64,000 nucleotides of DNA, taken from NCBI GenBank assembly GCA_017643685.1, contig JAEPMY010000002.1, forward strand, positions 905 to 64,904, read 5' to 3'. Each line of letters opens with the position of its first letter. Position 1 is the stretch's first letter. The notes beneath the pieces were generated by a model. The model saw only the letters and a list, made by a program, of their open reading frames with translations. It had not been told where the DNA came from and made no database searches. A program made the position numbers and the translations under genes. Origin of the DNA: Sneathiella sp. GTDB lineage: Bacteria; Pseudomonadota; Alphaproteobacteria; Sneathiellales; Sneathiellaceae. Positions 1 to 11,422 of this stretch are shown here, piece after piece.

Positions 1-803
1 CGCGTTCGCTCCAGATGTCCCAGAACGCGTGGATCAATATAACGGCTGATAAACAGATACCCATCAAGGATACGATCAACCTGAACCAACGCGCGAACCC
101 GCTCGTCGCCATCTTCGGCAGAAATCACAACCCGCGTTGAGGTCGCCTTATCCATCAATTCCGGTGACATTTGATCAAATTCTGTCAGAAAACTGAGGCT
201 GGACTGCGCAATAATTCGCTTATTACTGTCCACAACCACGGCCTCACTCAGGCCACGGGCGTTTACCTGTTCTGTTAGAAACCGACTGAACAAATCAGGG
301 TTTTGAAGAATTTGCGGAGGAACGCGGTTTATATCCGCAGCAATCCCAAGGGCATCAATGCGAATATTCTGAATATTTTCTTTGATATAGGCATCCGCAA
401 CGCCAAGAGCTTCCGTAACCGCTTCATTCACGGGCTCAGAGAAATGACGCTGGAAATAGATGTTAAAAAAGAGCGCAGAAAAAAGCGCCACCATCAGTGC
501 AGGCGCAACCGCGATTAACAGAAACAGCCGCACCACACGGCGGTGCATGGCACTGCCTGCTTTGCCGCTTTTATTTCGCTGCCACATACGGATCAGACGC
601 TGGCTTACCAACCCCGCCAAAACAACCAGCAGAACGATATCAGCGATCACCAGAAATTTGGTAATTTCATTGTCGCCACTTGTCAGAGAGCCATAAGTTG
701 CGATGCCAGATGCGATTGCAAGCAGCGCAACCGCAAGGGAGCTTTTTGGACCGAGGCCGAATTTACGGCTCACCCGTTTCCAGATACCCGATTGCTTGGT
801 CAT
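1..803 (-). CDS. ntrY: Sensor histidine kinase NtrY, N-terminal part (3' end runs off the window)
   Basis: Absent from the ORF track because it is open at the window edge. My own minus-strand translation from the ATG at 803..801 gives MTKQSGIWKRVSRKFGLGPKSSLAVALLAIASG...RRVVRLFLLIAVAPALMVALFSALFFN...LFISRYIDPRVLGHLERT, with no stop before position 1. The multi-TM N-terminus and the position directly downstream of ntrBC match the alphaproteobacterial ntrBC-ntrYX arrangement. Confidence 0.75.
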   Translation of the reverse strand, partial: MTKQSGIWKRVSRKFGLGPKSSLAVALLAIASGIATYGSLTSGDNEITKFLVIADIVLLVVLAGLVSQRLIRMWQRNKSGKAGSAMHRRVVRLFLLIAVAPALMVALFSALFFNIYFQRHFSEPVNEAVTEALGVADAYIKENIQNIRIDALGIAADINRVPPQILQNPDLFSRFLTEQVNARGLSEAVVVDSNKRIIAQSSLSFLTEFDQMSPELMDKATSTRVVISAEDGDERVRALVQVDRILDGYLFISRYIDPRVLGHLERT

Positions 804-898
804 GTTGTCCTGCAATTGGGTCACAGCTGTGCCAAAAATGCAGAATTGCGCCAAAATGACATTTTAAAAATTTGCCCCCGACAGATCGTCATAATTCC

Positions 899-922
899 TA
901 AATACCACATATGTGGTATTTA
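899..922. repeat. 24-bp perfect palindrome TAAATACCACAT/ATGTGGTATTTA between ntrC and ntrY
   Basis: Read directly from the sequence. It lies 4 nt downstream of the ntrC stop (927..929) and about 96 nt upstream of the ntrY ATG. No U-tract follows on the minus strand, so it is not a canonical intrinsic terminator. Confidence 0.6.
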
Positions 923-926
923 AGCA

Positions 927-2369
927 TCACTTAACGCCGCGAACAACCTGAATGTCAAGCTCTCTAATCTTTTTCCGCAAGGTATTTCGGTTGAGACCCA
1001 ACAATTCTGCGGTTCTGATCTGATTGCCATTTGTCGCATCCAGTGAGAGGGTGATCAACGGACGCTCCACCTCCCGAATAACCCGTTCATACAAACCGGT
1101 TGGCGGAAGCGAACCTGGATGAGCTGCAAAATACTTGGCAATATGCCGCTCAACCGCATCTCCAAGGCTTTCATCATCTGGAATAGCATCCACCGATGGC
1201 GTGCTGGCAACGGGCTGTAATTCAGTTGCGACGACTTTGGCGTCGATTACTTCTTCTGAATAAAGGGCGACAAGACGCTGAACGAGATTCTCAAGCTCGC
1301 GAACGTTACCCGGCCATTTATGCTTTTTAAGGATCTCCAATGCCTCATTGTCGATACTTTTAACCGGAAGCCCTTCATCCTGCGCCAACGCAAGGAAGTG
1401 GCGCACCAGATCCGGGATATCTTCTGTCCGCTCCCGAAGAGGTGGCAGGCGCAGCGGCACAACGTTCAACCGGTAGAACAGATCCTCACGGAAAAGGCCC
1501 TGACGAACAAATTGGCGTAAATCCCGGTTCGTCGCCGCCACAATGCGGACATCGGTTTTAATTGGGGTGCGGCCACCAACGGTCGTATATTCACCCTGCT
1601 GCAAAACACGAAGCAGCCGAGTTTGTGCATCAAGGGGCATATCCCCGATTTCATCCAAGAAAAGTGTACCGCCCTGCGCCTGTTCAAACCGCCCAACCGC
1701 ACGGCTTTCTGCGCCAGTAAACGCCCCTTTTTCATGACCGAAAAGTTCCGATTCAATCAATTCCTTCGGAATAGCCGCCATATTGATCGGCACAAAGGGG
1801 CCATTTTTTCGCTTCCCATATTCATGTAGCGCGCGGGCAACCAGCTCCTTACCCGTACCGCTCTCACCAGTAATCATAACGGTGAGATCAGTGCCCATCA
1901 GGCGGGCGAGGACGCGATATATCTCCTGCATCGCGGGGGAGCGACCGATCAGCGGGATTTTGCCATCCCCCTCATCTTCGTCCACATCGCTTTTACGAAC
2001 TTTCTTCGGCTTGGAGAGTGCCCGCTCCACCACTTGAAGCATTTCTTTCAAATCAAAGGGCTTTGGCAGGTAATCATACGCCCCGCGTTCTGTCGCTTTA
2101 ATCGCAGTTAGAAGCGTATTTTGGGCGCTCATCACAATAATGGGCAGCTCTGGCCGGATTTTCTTCAATCTTGGCAGCAAATCCAACCCGTTTTCATCTG
2201 GCATCACAACATCGGTTAAAACCAGATCACCCTCACCTTCCAGCACCCAATTATACAGGGTTGCGGCGTTACCGGTGGATCGGACCGTATAATTGGCGCG
2301 GGACAGAGCCTGATCCAAAACAGTGCGGATCCCTTGGTCGTCATCGGCGACAAGAATTGTTCCAGCCAT
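927..2369 (-). CDS. ntrC: Sigma-54-dependent nitrogen response regulator NtrC
   Basis: 480 aa. It has an N-terminal receiver (ILVADDD...[10 protein letters not shown]), an AAA+ sigma-54 activator core ([32 protein letters not shown]) and a C-terminal Fis-type HTH. Its start overlaps the ntrB stop by 1 nt. Confidence 0.92.
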   Translation of the reverse strand: MAGTILVADDDQGIRTVLDQALSRANYTVRSTGNAATLYNWVLEGEGDLVLTDVVMPDENGLDLLPRLKKIRPELPIIVMSAQNTLLTAIKATERGAYDYLPKPFDLKEMLQVVERALSKPKKVRKSDVDEDEGDGKIPLIGRSPAMQEIYRVLARLMGTDLTVMITGESGTGKELVARALHEYGKRKNGPFVPINMAAIPKELIESELFGHEKGAFTGAESRAVGRFEQAQGGTLFLDEIGDMPLDAQTRLLRVLQQGEYTTVGGRTPIKTDVRIVAATNRDLRQFVRQGLFREDLFYRLNVVPLRLPPLRERTEDIPDLVRHFLALAQDEGLPVKSIDNEALEILKKHKWPGNVRELENLVQRLVALYSEEVIDAKVVATELQPVASTPSVDAIPDDESLGDAVERHIAKYFAAHPGSLPPTGLYERVIREVERPLITLSLDATNGNQIRTAELLGLNRNTLRKKIRELDIQVVRGVK

Positions 2370-3472
2370 TAGTTTTCTTCTTTCTGTTTCGCAATGTCAT
2401 AGACCGGCAGGCGGATCAAAAACTGTCCTCCCGTACCGGCGCCGTCATATTCCACAATGCCCCCATGGTCGCCGACGATTTTGGCAACCAACGCAAGACC
2501 AAGCCCGCTGCCACCCGTTTTGGTGGTCACGAACGGATCAAAGATATGGGGAAGAATTTCTTCTGAAATACCGGGGCCATTATCCTTAACCCCAACCTCA
2601 AGAGGGAGCTGCACCCGATCGGTGTTACCCGGAACCGCAAGGCGAACCCCCGGCCGGTAAGCCGTGGTGAGCGTAATCTCGCCGCCCTCTTCGGGCACGG
2701 ACTCCGCTGCATTTTTCACCAGATTGAGTAGTACCTGGACCAATTGATCCCGGTTTCCATAAACATAAGGTAGCGAGGGGTCATATTGCTCTATGAATTT
2801 GATTTTCTTACCAAATCCGTTTCTCGCAATCATGCGGACATGCTCTAGAACTTCGTGGATATTAACCGCATCCCGCTCAATTGGGCGATCATCGGAGAAA
2901 GCTTCCATCCGATCGACAATGGCACAAATACGATCCGTCTCGTCACAGATCAGGCGGGTGAGCGCCCTGTCCGCATCGCTGGCATTCATCTCAAGTAATT
3001 GCGCAGATCCCCGAATACCGGAAAGCGGGTTCTTCACCTCGTGGGCCAGCATCGCCGCCATCGCGGTGACGGAGCGCGCCGCCCCGCGGTGGGTTAATTG
3101 CCGATCCATTTTGGAGGCCATCGTCCGCTCTTCAATCTGAACGACGACCTGATCATTATCATAAACGGGAGAGACCTGAATATTGACCTTTTTAACCCCG
3201 GTTTTAGGCGTCCCAAGATCAACTTCATATTCGGAAATACGGTCTTTATATTCGCGAACCTGTTCCACCAATGAAATGAGCGGGCTACCAAAGGGGACCA
3301 ACTGGTCGAGCTTCGTTTTGCGGAGAACCTTCACGGAAGACTGAAAAAACTCTTCCCCGGCAGGGTTCGCGTAAGAAATGAAACCGTCATTATTAACGAC
3401 GATAATCGGGTCCGAAAGCGATGACAGGATCGCGGTTGGATCAGGTTTTTTACTCTCAAGCCCTAACATCAC
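2369..3472 (-). CDS. ntrB: Nitrogen regulation sensor histidine kinase NtrB
   Basis: 367 aa with a PAS domain, the H box [13 protein letters not shown], the N box [11 protein letters not shown], and G boxes DNGPGI and GGSGLGLA. It lies upstream of ntrC. Confidence 0.9.
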   Translation of the reverse strand: MMLGLESKKPDPTAILSSLSDPIIVVNNDGFISYANPAGEEFFQSSVKVLRKTKLDQLVPFGSPLISLVEQVREYKDRISEYEVDLGTPKTGVKKVNIQVSPVYDNDQVVVQIEERTMASKMDRQLTHRGAARSVTAMAAMLAHEVKNPLSGIRGSAQLLEMNASDADRALTRLICDETDRICAIVDRMEAFSDDRPIERDAVNIHEVLEHVRMIARNGFGKKIKFIEQYDPSLPYVYGNRDQLVQVLLNLVKNAAESVPEEGGEITLTTAYRPGVRLAVPGNTDRVQLPLEVGVKDNGPGISEEILPHIFDPFVTTKTGGSGLGLALVAKIVGDHGGIVEYDGAGTGGQFLIRLPVYDIAKQKEEN

Positions 3473-4465
3473 TTATGCAACCTCTACCCCTTCACGTTCT
3501 AGCTGATCATAGAAATTGAAAATTTCGTCGCGGACGGCCTGAAAATTATCCATTCGAACGACCCGATCTCGAAAGGCTTTCCCGCCGGGCAAGCGTTCGG
3601 AATACCATCCTAGATGCTTGCGGGCGACGCGGGTTCCGACCCGCTCCCCATATAGTTCAATAATGCCGTCATAATGCTCGACCACCACATCCCTTTGTTC
3701 TTGAAAATCAGGGCGGGCTAGAACTTTTCCATCTGTCAGATATTCACAAACTTGTGCGACAAACCATGGACGACCGTAGGCACCTCGGCCGATCATCACA
3801 CCATCAGCCCCCGATTGATCAAGGGCAGAGCGCGCATCTTCCACGGTTTGAATGTCACCATTCGCAATGACCGGAAGGCTCACTGCGTCCTTTACATTGC
3901 GAATAAAGCTCCAATCCGCGCTACCTTTAAAAAACTGGCAGCGGGTGCGACCATGAACGGTCAGCATCTTAATGCCGACATCCTCGGCAATTTTGGCAAG
4001 CTCGGGGGCATTGCGGCTCTCGTCATCCCAGCCAGTTCGCATTTTAAGCGTCACGGGAATACTAACCGCCTCAACAGTGGCCTTCAGGATTTTTCCAGCA
4101 TGCTCCAAATCCCGCATCAATGACGAGCCAGCCATCCCGGATGTCACTTTTTTAACCGGGCAACCCATATTGATATCGAGGATTTTGGCGCCCATTTGTT
4201 CGTTCAACCGTGCCGCATCCGCCATAATATCCGGATCACAACCAGCCAGTTGCACCGCCATCAGGTCCACATCGTCATCTTTGCGAATAATCCGCAAAGA
4301 ACGACGGGTTTCTGCGACCATTGCCTTACTTGCCACCATTTCGGAAAAGACCAGCCCTGCCCCATAGCGGGACACAATCCGCCGAAAAGGCAGATCCGTA
4401 ATACCTGCCATAGGCGCCAGCAGCGCCGGACGGTTCAGGGTTATATTTCCAATCTGAATGGTCAT
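3473..4465 (-). CDS. dusB: tRNA-dihydrouridine synthase B (NifR3-like)
   Basis: Dus family TIM barrel ([24 protein letters not shown]) in the classic position upstream of ntrBC. The ORF extends to 4534, but the ATG at 4465 ([10 protein letters not shown]) fits family N-termini better. Confidence 0.88.
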   Translation of the reverse strand: MTIQIGNITLNRPALLAPMAGITDLPFRRIVSRYGAGLVFSEMVASKAMVAETRRSLRIIRKDDDVDLMAVQLAGCDPDIMADAARLNEQMGAKILDINMGCPVKKVTSGMAGSSLMRDLEHAGKILKATVEAVSIPVTLKMRTGWDDESRNAPELAKIAEDVGIKMLTVHGRTRCQFFKGSADWSFIRNVKDAVSLPVIANGDIQTVEDARSALDQSGADGVMIGRGAYGRPWFVAQVCEYLTDGKVLARPDFQEQRDVVVEHYDGIIELYGERVGTRVARKHLGWYSERLPGGKAFRDRVVRMDNFQAVRDEIFNFYDQLEREGVEVA

Positions 4466-4595
4466 TTTTTGTGCAAATATAAAATTGACTATCTTTTGTG
4501 CAATATACGGGAATTTATGTTGCGATGCAACCAAATCTTACATGCCTTTGTCATTTTCATTGAACGCGGATGCGGACCCCCGTAAATTGGGCGTC

Positions 4596-5738
4596 ATGAC
4601 AACTGTTGCCCTTATTGTTGCCGCCGGCTCCGGCAGCCGCACCGGCCTCGACTTTCCCAAGCAATATTTGAAACTTGGGGATGAAATGATGCTGAGCAAA
4701 ACCATCCGTGCGTTTTATGATCACCCTGCCATTGATCAGGTGCAGGTGGTCATCAACCCCAATGATCTTGATTTGTATCGGGAGGCCAGCCGCGATTTTC
4801 GCCTCCCTCATTGGGTGGATGGCGGCGCAACACGACAGAAAAGTGTGGCCCTTGGCCTTGAAGCCATTGAACGCTTTGCCCCCACAAAAGTGCTAATCCA
4901 TGACGCGGCGCGCCCGTTTGTGAGCGCAGAGCTTATCGACAGGTGCCTTGAATCGCTGGAGAAATACCGCGCCGTTCTACCTGCCCTGCCCGTTGTTGAT
5001 ACCCTCAAAAGCATTCGGGACAGCGAAGTAACCGACACGCTGGATCGCAGTAAAATCGTTGCCGCGCAGACACCGCAATGCTTTGATTATGATGCTATTA
5101 TCGGCGCACACCGAATTTACGAGTCGCAGGATGTCACAGATGACATCGCCCTGGCAGAGCTTGCCGGTATTCCCGTTCACTGGGTCCAAGGATCACAGCA
5201 GAATATCAAAATCACCACCCATGAAGATATCGCCATGATCAATCATCGATCCCTTACCGACATTCGAACAGGCCTTGGATTTGACGTGCATAAATTTGCG
5301 GACAATCGGGATTTATGGCTGGGCGGCGTGCAAATCCCGCACGATAAGGGGCTGGCTGGGCATTCTGACGCTGATGTGGCGCTTCATGCCATTACGGATG
5401 CAATCCTGGGCGCCATTGGGGATGGGGATATTGGGACCCACTTCCCGCCATCAGATGATAAGTGGAAAGGGGCCGCTTCTGATCGGTTTTTAGCATATGC
5501 GGCGGAACTGGTTGCCAATCGCGGCGGTATGATTTCCCATATTGACCTCACCATCATATGCGAGGCCCCGAAAATTGGGCCTCACCGGGAAAAAATCCGA
5601 ACCCGCATCGCGGAAATACTCAGCGTGTCAGAAGATCGCGTCTCTATAAAAGGAACAACCACCGAAAAGCTCGGCTTCACCGGTCGGGGCGAAGGCATCG
5701 CGGCGCAAGCCGTTGCCACGGTTAAATTGCCGGAATAA
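4596..5738 (+). CDS. ispDF: Bifunctional 2-C-methyl-D-erythritol 4-phosphate cytidylyltransferase / MEcPP synthase IspDF
   Basis: IspD motif VAAGSGSRTG at the N-terminus and IspF motifs GFDVHKF and GHSDADVALHA in the C-terminal half. The ORF opens at 4458; ATG 4596 (MTTVALIV) is the likely start and 4542 is an alternative. Confidence 0.92.
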   Translation: MTTVALIVAAGSGSRTGLDFPKQYLKLGDEMMLSKTIRAFYDHPAIDQVQVVINPNDLDLYREASRDFRLPHWVDGGATRQKSVALGLEAIERFAPTKVLIHDAARPFVSAELIDRCLESLEKYRAVLPALPVVDTLKSIRDSEVTDTLDRSKIVAAQTPQCFDYDAIIGAHRIYESQDVTDDIALAELAGIPVHWVQGSQQNIKITTHEDIAMINHRSLTDIRTGLGFDVHKFADNRDLWLGGVQIPHDKGLAGHSDADVALHAITDAILGAIGDGDIGTHFPPSDDKWKGAASDRFLAYAAELVANRGGMISHIDLTIICEAPKIGPHREKIRTRIAEILSVSEDRVSIKGTTTEKLGFTGRGEGIAAQAVATVKLPE

Positions 5739-5744
5739 TCAACA

Positions 5745-6224
5745 ATGACAAATACAAAATCATCTATGTCGCGGCTCCACCCGGCACATATTCTGGCAAC
5801 CTGGTTCTGGACGGGGCTGAGCCCGAAAGCGCCCGGAACCATCGGCTCTCTCGCCGCCCTGCCCTTCGGTTTTGCGCTGATGTATTATGGCGGTCAGTTT
5901 TATCTGATGATCGGTATTGTCGCGGTTTTCGTCATCGGCACGGTTGCCACGCATATATATTGCACCCAAACCGGCCGCACAGACCCCGGCGAAGTGGTCA
6001 TTGATGAGGTTGCCGGTCAATGGATCCCGCTTCTGGTTGCAGGCTTTAACCCCCTTTATTACGCCATCGCGTTTGCTCTCTTCCGCCTATTCGACATTTG
6101 GAAGCCTTGGCCAATTGGCTGGCTGGATCAACGTGTCAAAGGCGCATTTGGGGTGATGGTGGATGACATCGCCGCGGGCCTCGCCGCTATGGGCGGCCTT
6201 ATCCTTCTACAAAAGGTAATCTGA
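5745..6224 (+). CDS. pgpA: Phosphatidylglycerophosphatase A
   Basis: 159 aa membrane protein with GLSPKAPGTIGSLAALP and FRLFDIWKPWPI, which are PgpA family signatures. Confidence 0.85.
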   Translation: MTNTKSSMSRLHPAHILATWFWTGLSPKAPGTIGSLAALPFGFALMYYGGQFYLMIGIVAVFVIGTVATHIYCTQTGRTDPGEVVIDEVAGQWIPLLVAGFNPLYYAIAFALFRLFDIWKPWPIGWLDQRVKGAFGVMVDDIAAGLAAMGGLILLQKVI

Positions 6225-6724
6225 TGAGCATTCTTCCAAGCAATATTGAAACTCTCGCCGCCAAAGTGATTAAGCTCGGCGCAGAAAAAGGCGTCTATGT
6301 CGCCACCGCAGAAAGCTGCACAGGCGGCCTGATCGGTGGCGCGCTGACGGATATCGCAGGCTCTTCTGCCGTGGTGGATCGGGGGTTCATAACCTATACC
6401 AACAAGGCGAAAATGCAGGTTCTTGGGGTATCTGCGGACACCCTTCGTGATGTCGGCGCGGTGGCAGAAGCAACCGCCCGAGAAATGGCAGCGGGCGCCA
6501 TCCGCAAATCTGCGGCGCATCTTGCCGTGGCGGTTACCGGTATCGCAGGCCCCGGCGGATCAGAGCATAAACCCGGCGGTCGCGTTCATCTGGCAACCGC
6601 AGGACGGGAGGGCGTTATTCTGCATAAAAAGATGGATTACGGTGATATCGGCCGCGATAAAGTCCGCCTTGCCACCATTGAAACAGCCCTTGAAATGCTG
6701 TTATCCGCGCTAGAAGAGATGTAA
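6224..6724 (+). CDS. CinA-family C-terminal domain protein / nicotinamide-nucleotide amidohydrolase (PncC-like)
   Basis: 166 aa with ATAESCTGGLIGGALTDIAGSS and AVAVTGIAGPGG, typical of the CinA C-domain. Its start overlaps the pgpA stop (TGATG). Confidence 0.85.
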   Translation: MSILPSNIETLAAKVIKLGAEKGVYVATAESCTGGLIGGALTDIAGSSAVVDRGFITYTNKAKMQVLGVSADTLRDVGAVAEATAREMAAGAIRKSAAHLAVAVTGIAGPGGSEHKPGGRVHLATAGREGVILHKKMDYGDIGRDKVRLATIETALEMLLSALEEM

Positions 6725-7132
6725 CTAACCGGGCATCCCGTCAAACTTTGGGGCGTCCGGCATCTTTTCTTCCCAGTTCGCCGCATCGGCCATACATAAA
6801 TGAGCGTTTGGCTTAACGTCAACGGGCGTGTCCAATGACCCTGCAGGCACCATCACCAGTCCCGGCCCCGCCACCGGCACCGGGGAGCCACAGGATTTAC
6901 AGAAACTCCGCACATGGCGGGTCCCCTCAACCGCGTAAGTTGAGATATTATCCGAACCGGAGAGCCAGTTTAACTGCGCCTCGGAACTGAACAGATTGGC
7001 CGCATGCGCCGATCCCGTTCCCTTTTGACAGCGATGACAATGACAGAGGAAAAACTGCTGCAACGGTCCCTCAATCTCATAAGAAACCGCCCCACACAAA
7101 CAAGAACCCGAACACATATCCGCCATCAACAC
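6725..7132 (-). CDS. GFA (glutathione-dependent formaldehyde-activating / CENP-V-like) family protein
   Basis: 135 aa with the Cys-rich zinc motifs CLCGAV, CHCHRCQKGTGSAH and CKSCGSP. It is convergent with the cinA-like gene, with no gap between them. Confidence 0.8.
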   Translation of the reverse strand: MLMADMCSGSCLCGAVSYEIEGPLQQFFLCHCHRCQKGTGSAHAANLFSSEAQLNWLSGSDNISTYAVEGTRHVRSFCKSCGSPVPVAGPGLVMVPAGSLDTPVDVKPNAHLCMADAANWEEKMPDAPKFDGMPG

Positions 7133-7199
7133 CTCCCACTGATTTATATATGCGTTAGTGTAAGAGATAGATTAAATCGAATAACAGTAAAGTAAAGAT

Positions 7200-7658
7200 C
7201 TACTCCCGAACACCCACACCATCCGGGGCGCCATAAAGGTCTTTGGCGCGGGTTTCGAAGGCGGCGATCATGCGGTGGACGGCTTCGTTGAAGAGCATGC
7301 CGATGGTTTTTTGCAGGATCATGGATTTAAATTCGAAATCCACATAGAAATCGATTTCGCAGCCGTCCGGGTGGGGATTGAAAACCCAGTGGTTATTAAG
7401 GTATTTGAACGGTCCGTCTTTATATTCCACATCAATCCGTGGCTGCTCCGGTTTCAGGGCGACGTGGGATGTGAAGCGTTCCCGAAACATCTTAAAACCG
7501 ATCACCAGATCAGCGACCATATGACTTTCAGAGCGTTCGCGAATGCGCGCGCCCACACACCAGGGCAGAAACTCCGGGTATTTATCCACTGCCTCGACCA
7601 GAGCGTATAACTGTTCCGGTGTGTAGGGAAGAACCCGTTTTTCTGCATGTGTGGGCAT
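7200..7658 (-). CDS. SRPBCC-fold RatA / COQ10-like ubiquinone-binding protein
   Basis: 152 aa with polyketide-cyclase/START-like sequence. It sits downstream of lipA, as is commonly seen in alphaproteobacteria. Confidence 0.78.
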   Translation of the reverse strand: MPTHAEKRVLPYTPEQLYALVEAVDKYPEFLPWCVGARIRERSESHMVADLVIGFKMFRERFTSHVALKPEQPRIDVEYKDGPFKYLNNHWVFNPHPDGCEIDFYVDFEFKSMILQKTIGMLFNEAVHRMIAAFETRAKDLYGAPDGVGVRE

Positions 7659-7694
7659 GGCTACTCTTGTACGCGATTAGTCTTGTTATTTAGT

Positions 7695-8651
7695 TCAGGC
7701 CTGCTTGGCGTTCAGCTTTTCCCGGGCCGCTTTCAACTTGGCGAAATCTTCGCCAGCGTGGTGACTGGAACGGGTCAGCGGCGAGGACGATACCATCAAG
7801 AAGCCTTTGTTATAAGCCTGTTTTTCATAGGCGTTAAATTCATCTGGCGTCACGAAACGGTCAATGCCGTGGTGCTTGATGGTTGGCTGTAGATATTGCC
7901 CGATGGTCAGAAAATCGATATCCGCAACGCGCATATCATCCATAACCTGCGCCACTTCGTCTTTGTTTTCGCCAAGGCCGACCATAATGCCGGATTTGGT
8001 AAAGATAGTGGGATCCAGCTCCTTCACCCGCTGCAGTAGCCGGAGGGAATGGAAGTAACGGGCGCCCGGGCGAACCGTTGTGTAAAGTTTCGGGACTGTT
8101 TCCAGGTTGTGGTTAAACACGTCTGGTTTCGCCGCAACAACAACCTCTAGCGCGCCGTCTTTTTTCAGGAAATCCGGTGTCAGAATTTCGATTGTTGTCT
8201 CTGGGGAGGCTTCGCGGATGGCCTGAATGACCTCTGCGAAATGCTGGGCACCACCGTCGGCCAGATCATCCCGGTCGACGGAGGTAATCACAACATGGTT
8301 GAGCCCCATCGTAGAGACAGCCTTCGCCACGTTAAACGGCTCAAACGGATCAAGCGCATTTGGCTTACCCGTTGAGACATTACAAAACGCGCAGGCACGG
8401 GTACAAATCTCCCCCATGATCATCATGGTCGCATGCTTCTTGGACCAGCATTCGCCAATATTCGGGCAGGATGCTTCCTCGCACACGGTGGTGAGGTTGA
8501 GCCCGCGCATCAATTCGCGCGTTTCGTTATACTGCTTGGAGACAGGCGCCTTTACGCGGATCCAGCTTGGTTTGCGCTGGATCGGGTTGTCTGGCTTGTG
8601 CGCCTTTTCTGGGTGGCGAACACGTTTTGTCTCACTGGCAACATCTGTCAT
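7695..8651 (-). CDS. lipA: Lipoyl synthase
   Basis: 318 aa with the radical-SAM motif [10 protein letters not shown] and the auxiliary cluster motif [12 protein letters not shown]. Confidence 0.95.
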   Translation of the reverse strand: MTDVASETKRVRHPEKAHKPDNPIQRKPSWIRVKAPVSKQYNETRELMRGLNLTTVCEEASCPNIGECWSKKHATMMIMGEICTRACAFCNVSTGKPNALDPFEPFNVAKAVSTMGLNHVVITSVDRDDLADGGAQHFAEVIQAIREASPETTIEILTPDFLKKDGALEVVVAAKPDVFNHNLETVPKLYTTVRPGARYFHSLRLLQRVKELDPTIFTKSGIMVGLGENKDEVAQVMDDMRVADIDFLTIGQYLQPTIKHHGIDRFVTPDEFNAYEKQAYNKGFLMVSSSPLTRSSHHAGEDFAKLKAAREKLNAKQA

Positions 8652-8695
8652 GGCGTATCCAATTTCTGGAACTGAAACTACAAAAAAACTTAAAC

Positions 8696-10096
8696 CTACA
8701 TATGGATGACCTTGCCATACGCATCAAGGACGGATTCATGCATCATTTCCGACAATGTCGGATGCGGGAATACCGTATGCATCAGCTCCAGCTCCGTTGT
8801 TTCAAGGGTTTTAGCAATGCCGTAGCCTTGAATCAACTCTGTAACTTCTGCGCCGATCATGTGGGCACCCAAAAGCTCGCCGGTTTTCTCATCAAAGATC
8901 GTTTTGATAAGCCCTTCCGGCTCGCCAAGAGCAATGGCTTTCCCGTTTCCGATAAATGGAAAACGGCCCACTTTCAGCTTATAGCCTTTTTCCTTGGCCG
9001 CTGCCTCGGTCAGGCCAACACTGGCGACCTGCGGGTGGCAGTAAGTACAGCCCGGAATGTTCTGAACCTCTAGCGGATGCACATCTTTAACGCCGGCAAG
9101 TTTCTCAACGCAGATCACCGCTTCATGAGAGGCTTTATGGGCGAGCCAAGGCGGACCTGTCAGGTCACCAATGGCATAAACGCCCTCTTCCCCGGTACGG
9201 GAAAACTCATCAACCTCAATATGGGTGCGATCAACTTTGATTTTCGTGCCTTCAAGCCCGATATTTTCCACATTACCCACAATCCCAACGGCCATGATCA
9301 CACGGTCATAATCACCGGTGCTGGTTTTGCCTTTGGCATCTTTGAACGTGGCGGTCACATGGTTCGCAGACCTCTTAAGTCCCTCAACCGTTGTGCCTTT
9401 TTTGATGGTCATCCCCTGCTTCTTGAAAGATTTCTCCGCAAAATCAGAGATATCTTTATCTTCAACCGGCAGAACCCTATCCATCACCTCAACAACGGTA
9501 ACATCACTGCCGAGGGCATTAAAGAAGCTCGCAAACTCAATACCGATGGCGCCAGAGCCCACAACCAGCAACCGTTTTGGGGTTGTGTCGGGAACCAAAG
9601 CTTCTTTGTAGGACCAGATGAATTTCCCATCTGGCTCCATCCCCGGCAATGTCCGCGCACGCGCGCCCGTTGCCAGAATGATATGTTTAGCGGAAATCGT
9701 TGTGTTTTTCCCGTCTTTCTCGACAGCAACTTTGCCTTTACCGGCAAGTTTGCCATGCCCTTCCAACACGGTGACTTTGTTCTTTTTCAAAAGACCAGAA
9801 ACACCGCCAGAGAGCTGCGCCGCTACCTGACGAGAGCGTTTTACCGTCGCCTCAAGATCAACAGATGCACCGTCTACCTTAATGCCGTAGCCGGCAGCAT
9901 GTTGGATATTCCGGTAAATATCCGCAGTCCGAAGCAAGGCTTTCGTTGGGATACAGCCCCAATTCAGGCAAATACCGCCCAGATGTTCCCGCTCGATGAC
10001 TGCGGACTTCAGGCCCAATTGCGCCGCGCGAATAGCCGCGACATACCCGCCGGGGCCGGATCCGATAACCACTAGGTCAAAATTCTGATCGCTCAT
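8696..10096 (-). CDS. lpdA: Dihydrolipoyl dehydrogenase (E3)
   Basis: 466 aa with the FAD fold GSGPGGY, the redox disulfide [13 protein letters not shown] and a C-terminal HPTLSE interface motif. Confidence 0.95.
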   Translation of the reverse strand: MSDQNFDLVVIGSGPGGYVAAIRAAQLGLKSAVIEREHLGGICLNWGCIPTKALLRTADIYRNIQHAAGYGIKVDGASVDLEATVKRSRQVAAQLSGGVSGLLKKNKVTVLEGHGKLAGKGKVAVEKDGKNTTISAKHIILATGARARTLPGMEPDGKFIWSYKEALVPDTTPKRLLVVGSGAIGIEFASFFNALGSDVTVVEVMDRVLPVEDKDISDFAEKSFKKQGMTIKKGTTVEGLKRSANHVTATFKDAKGKTSTGDYDRVIMAVGIVGNVENIGLEGTKIKVDRTHIEVDEFSRTGEEGVYAIGDLTGPPWLAHKASHEAVICVEKLAGVKDVHPLEVQNIPGCTYCHPQVASVGLTEAAAKEKGYKLKVGRFPFIGNGKAIALGEPEGLIKTIFDEKTGELLGAHMIGAEVTELIQGYGIAKTLETTELELMHTVFPHPTLSEMMHESVLDAYGKVIHM

Positions 10097-10106
10097 GTCG
10101 GCCCCC

Positions 10107-11411
10107 TTACAGCATCATTGTCAAAGGCTCTTCGATATAGCCTTTGAAGTATTTAAGAAGTTCCGCACCAAGCGCGCCGTCAATCACCCGGTGATCACAG
10201 GACAATGTCACGCTCATCATTGTGGCAACGGTCAATTCACCGTCTTTTACAATTGGACGTTGCTCCCCTGCCCCAACGGCGAGGATCGCAGACTGCGGCG
10301 GGTTAATCACAGCAGAGAATTCTTTAATGCCGAACATGCCAAGGTTCGAGATCGAGAAACATCCACCCTGATATTCTTCCGGCATCAATTTACCGTCCCG
10401 CGCTTTACCGGCGAGGGTTTTCATATCCTCGGAAATATCGGCAAGGCCGCGCTTATCCGCGTTTTTCACAACGGGTGTGATCAGACCACCATCAATAGCC
10501 ACCGCGACGGAGATGTCGATATCTTTATATTGGAGTATCTTATCACCGCCCCAGATCGCATTTGCCGCGGGCAGTTTTTTCAGCGCCAACGCACTTGCCC
10601 GAATGATGAAATCATTGACGGAGATTTTATAATCATCAGAGCGAGAATTAAGCTCTTTTCGCATCGCCAGCAAATTATCCAGCTCACATTCAATGGTGAG
10701 ATAGAAATGCGGGATGGTCTGCTTGGCTTCGGTCAAGCGCTTAGCAATGGTTTTCCGCATGCCGGTAAGCGGAATTTCCTCACGCTCCCCTTCATGCGGC
10801 GGTGTTGTGCCAACGGGCGCCGCAGCGGCGGCAGGCGCAGATGCGGCACTTGCCGCTTTCGGTGCCTCGCTTGGTGCTGCGGATTTCCCGCCGCCTGCGA
10901 TAAAGGCATCCACATCAGCGCGGATCACCCGGCCATGCGGCCCGGTTCCCATAATATCACCAATGCTGACGCCCGCATCAGCCGCAATTCGGCGGGCCAG
11001 TGGGCTTGAGAAAATACGTCCCCCATCACCGGATTTTGGCGCGGCAGGCGCTGGCGTATTTGACGCCGCCGGTGCTGATGCTTCAACCTCAGCTTTTGCT
11101 TCTGCTGCGGTCTCTGGCTTACTTGCGGCAGGTGCAGCGCTCATATTCTCAAGCGCGCTTTCATCCTCTCCCTCTTCCAGAAGATAAGCGATGGGGTCAT
11201 TGACCTGCACATTATCGGTTCCGGCCTCAATCAGGATTTTTCCAACCGTACCTTCGTCAACGGCTTCCACTTCCATGGTCGCCTTATCGGTTTCAATCTC
11301 TGCAAGCACGTCACCTGAGGAGACAGTATCTCCTTCTTTGACATGCCATATCGCCAGTTTCCCCTCAGTCATTGTGGGGGACAGGGCGGGCATTGTAATG
11401 GTAATTGGCAT
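10107..11411 (-). CDS. pdhC: Pyruvate dehydrogenase E2, dihydrolipoamide acetyltransferase
   Basis: 434 aa. It has a lipoyl domain ([13 protein letters not shown]), an Ala/Pro linker, an E3-binding domain (SPLARRIA) and the catalytic motif DHRVIDGA. Confidence 0.93.
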   Translation of the reverse strand: MPITITMPALSPTMTEGKLAIWHVKEGDTVSSGDVLAEIETDKATMEVEAVDEGTVGKILIEAGTDNVQVNDPIAYLLEEGEDESALENMSAAPAASKPETAAEAKAEVEASAPAASNTPAPAAPKSGDGGRIFSSPLARRIAADAGVSIGDIMGTGPHGRVIRADVDAFIAGGGKSAAPSEAPKAASAASAPAAAAAPVGTTPPHEGEREEIPLTGMRKTIAKRLTEAKQTIPHFYLTIECELDNLLAMRKELNSRSDDYKISVNDFIIRASALALKKLPAANAIWGGDKILQYKDIDISVAVAIDGGLITPVVKNADKRGLADISEDMKTLAGKARDGKLMPEEYQGGCFSISNLGMFGIKEFSAVINPPQSAILAVGAGEQRPIVKDGELTVATMMSVTLSCDHRVIDGALGAELLKYFKGYIEEPLTMML

Positions 11412-11422
11412 CCTGTTTCCCC

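Noticed and set aside
819-853. Sigma-54-like elements upstream of ntrY on the minus strand: TGGCACAGCTGTGACC (819..834) and TGGCGCAATTCTGCA (839..853).
   Set aside because: The first lacks the TTGC -12 element. The second has the GG and GC dinucleotides one nucleotide too close compared with TGGCAC-N5-TTGC. Neither fits the consensus well enough to call.
4458-4595. N-terminal extensions suggested by the ORF track: ispDF from 4458, iorA from 17917, iorB from 18311, dusB to 4534 and cpaC to 51036.
   Set aside because: The extensions overlap the neighbouring genes or promoters and encode non-conserved, Cys/Phe-rich peptides. Internal ATGs give family-typical N-termini, namely [16 protein letters not shown], the Tat leader [18 protein letters not shown] and the signal peptide MRVKILVF.
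7200-7658. A RatA-like protein as a possible type II toxin-antitoxin toxin.
   Set aside because: No small partner ORF is adjacent. The gene sits in the conserved lipA-linked position typical of the COQ10/SRPBCC housekeeping homologue in alphaproteobacteria. Nothing else suggests a mobile or defence context.
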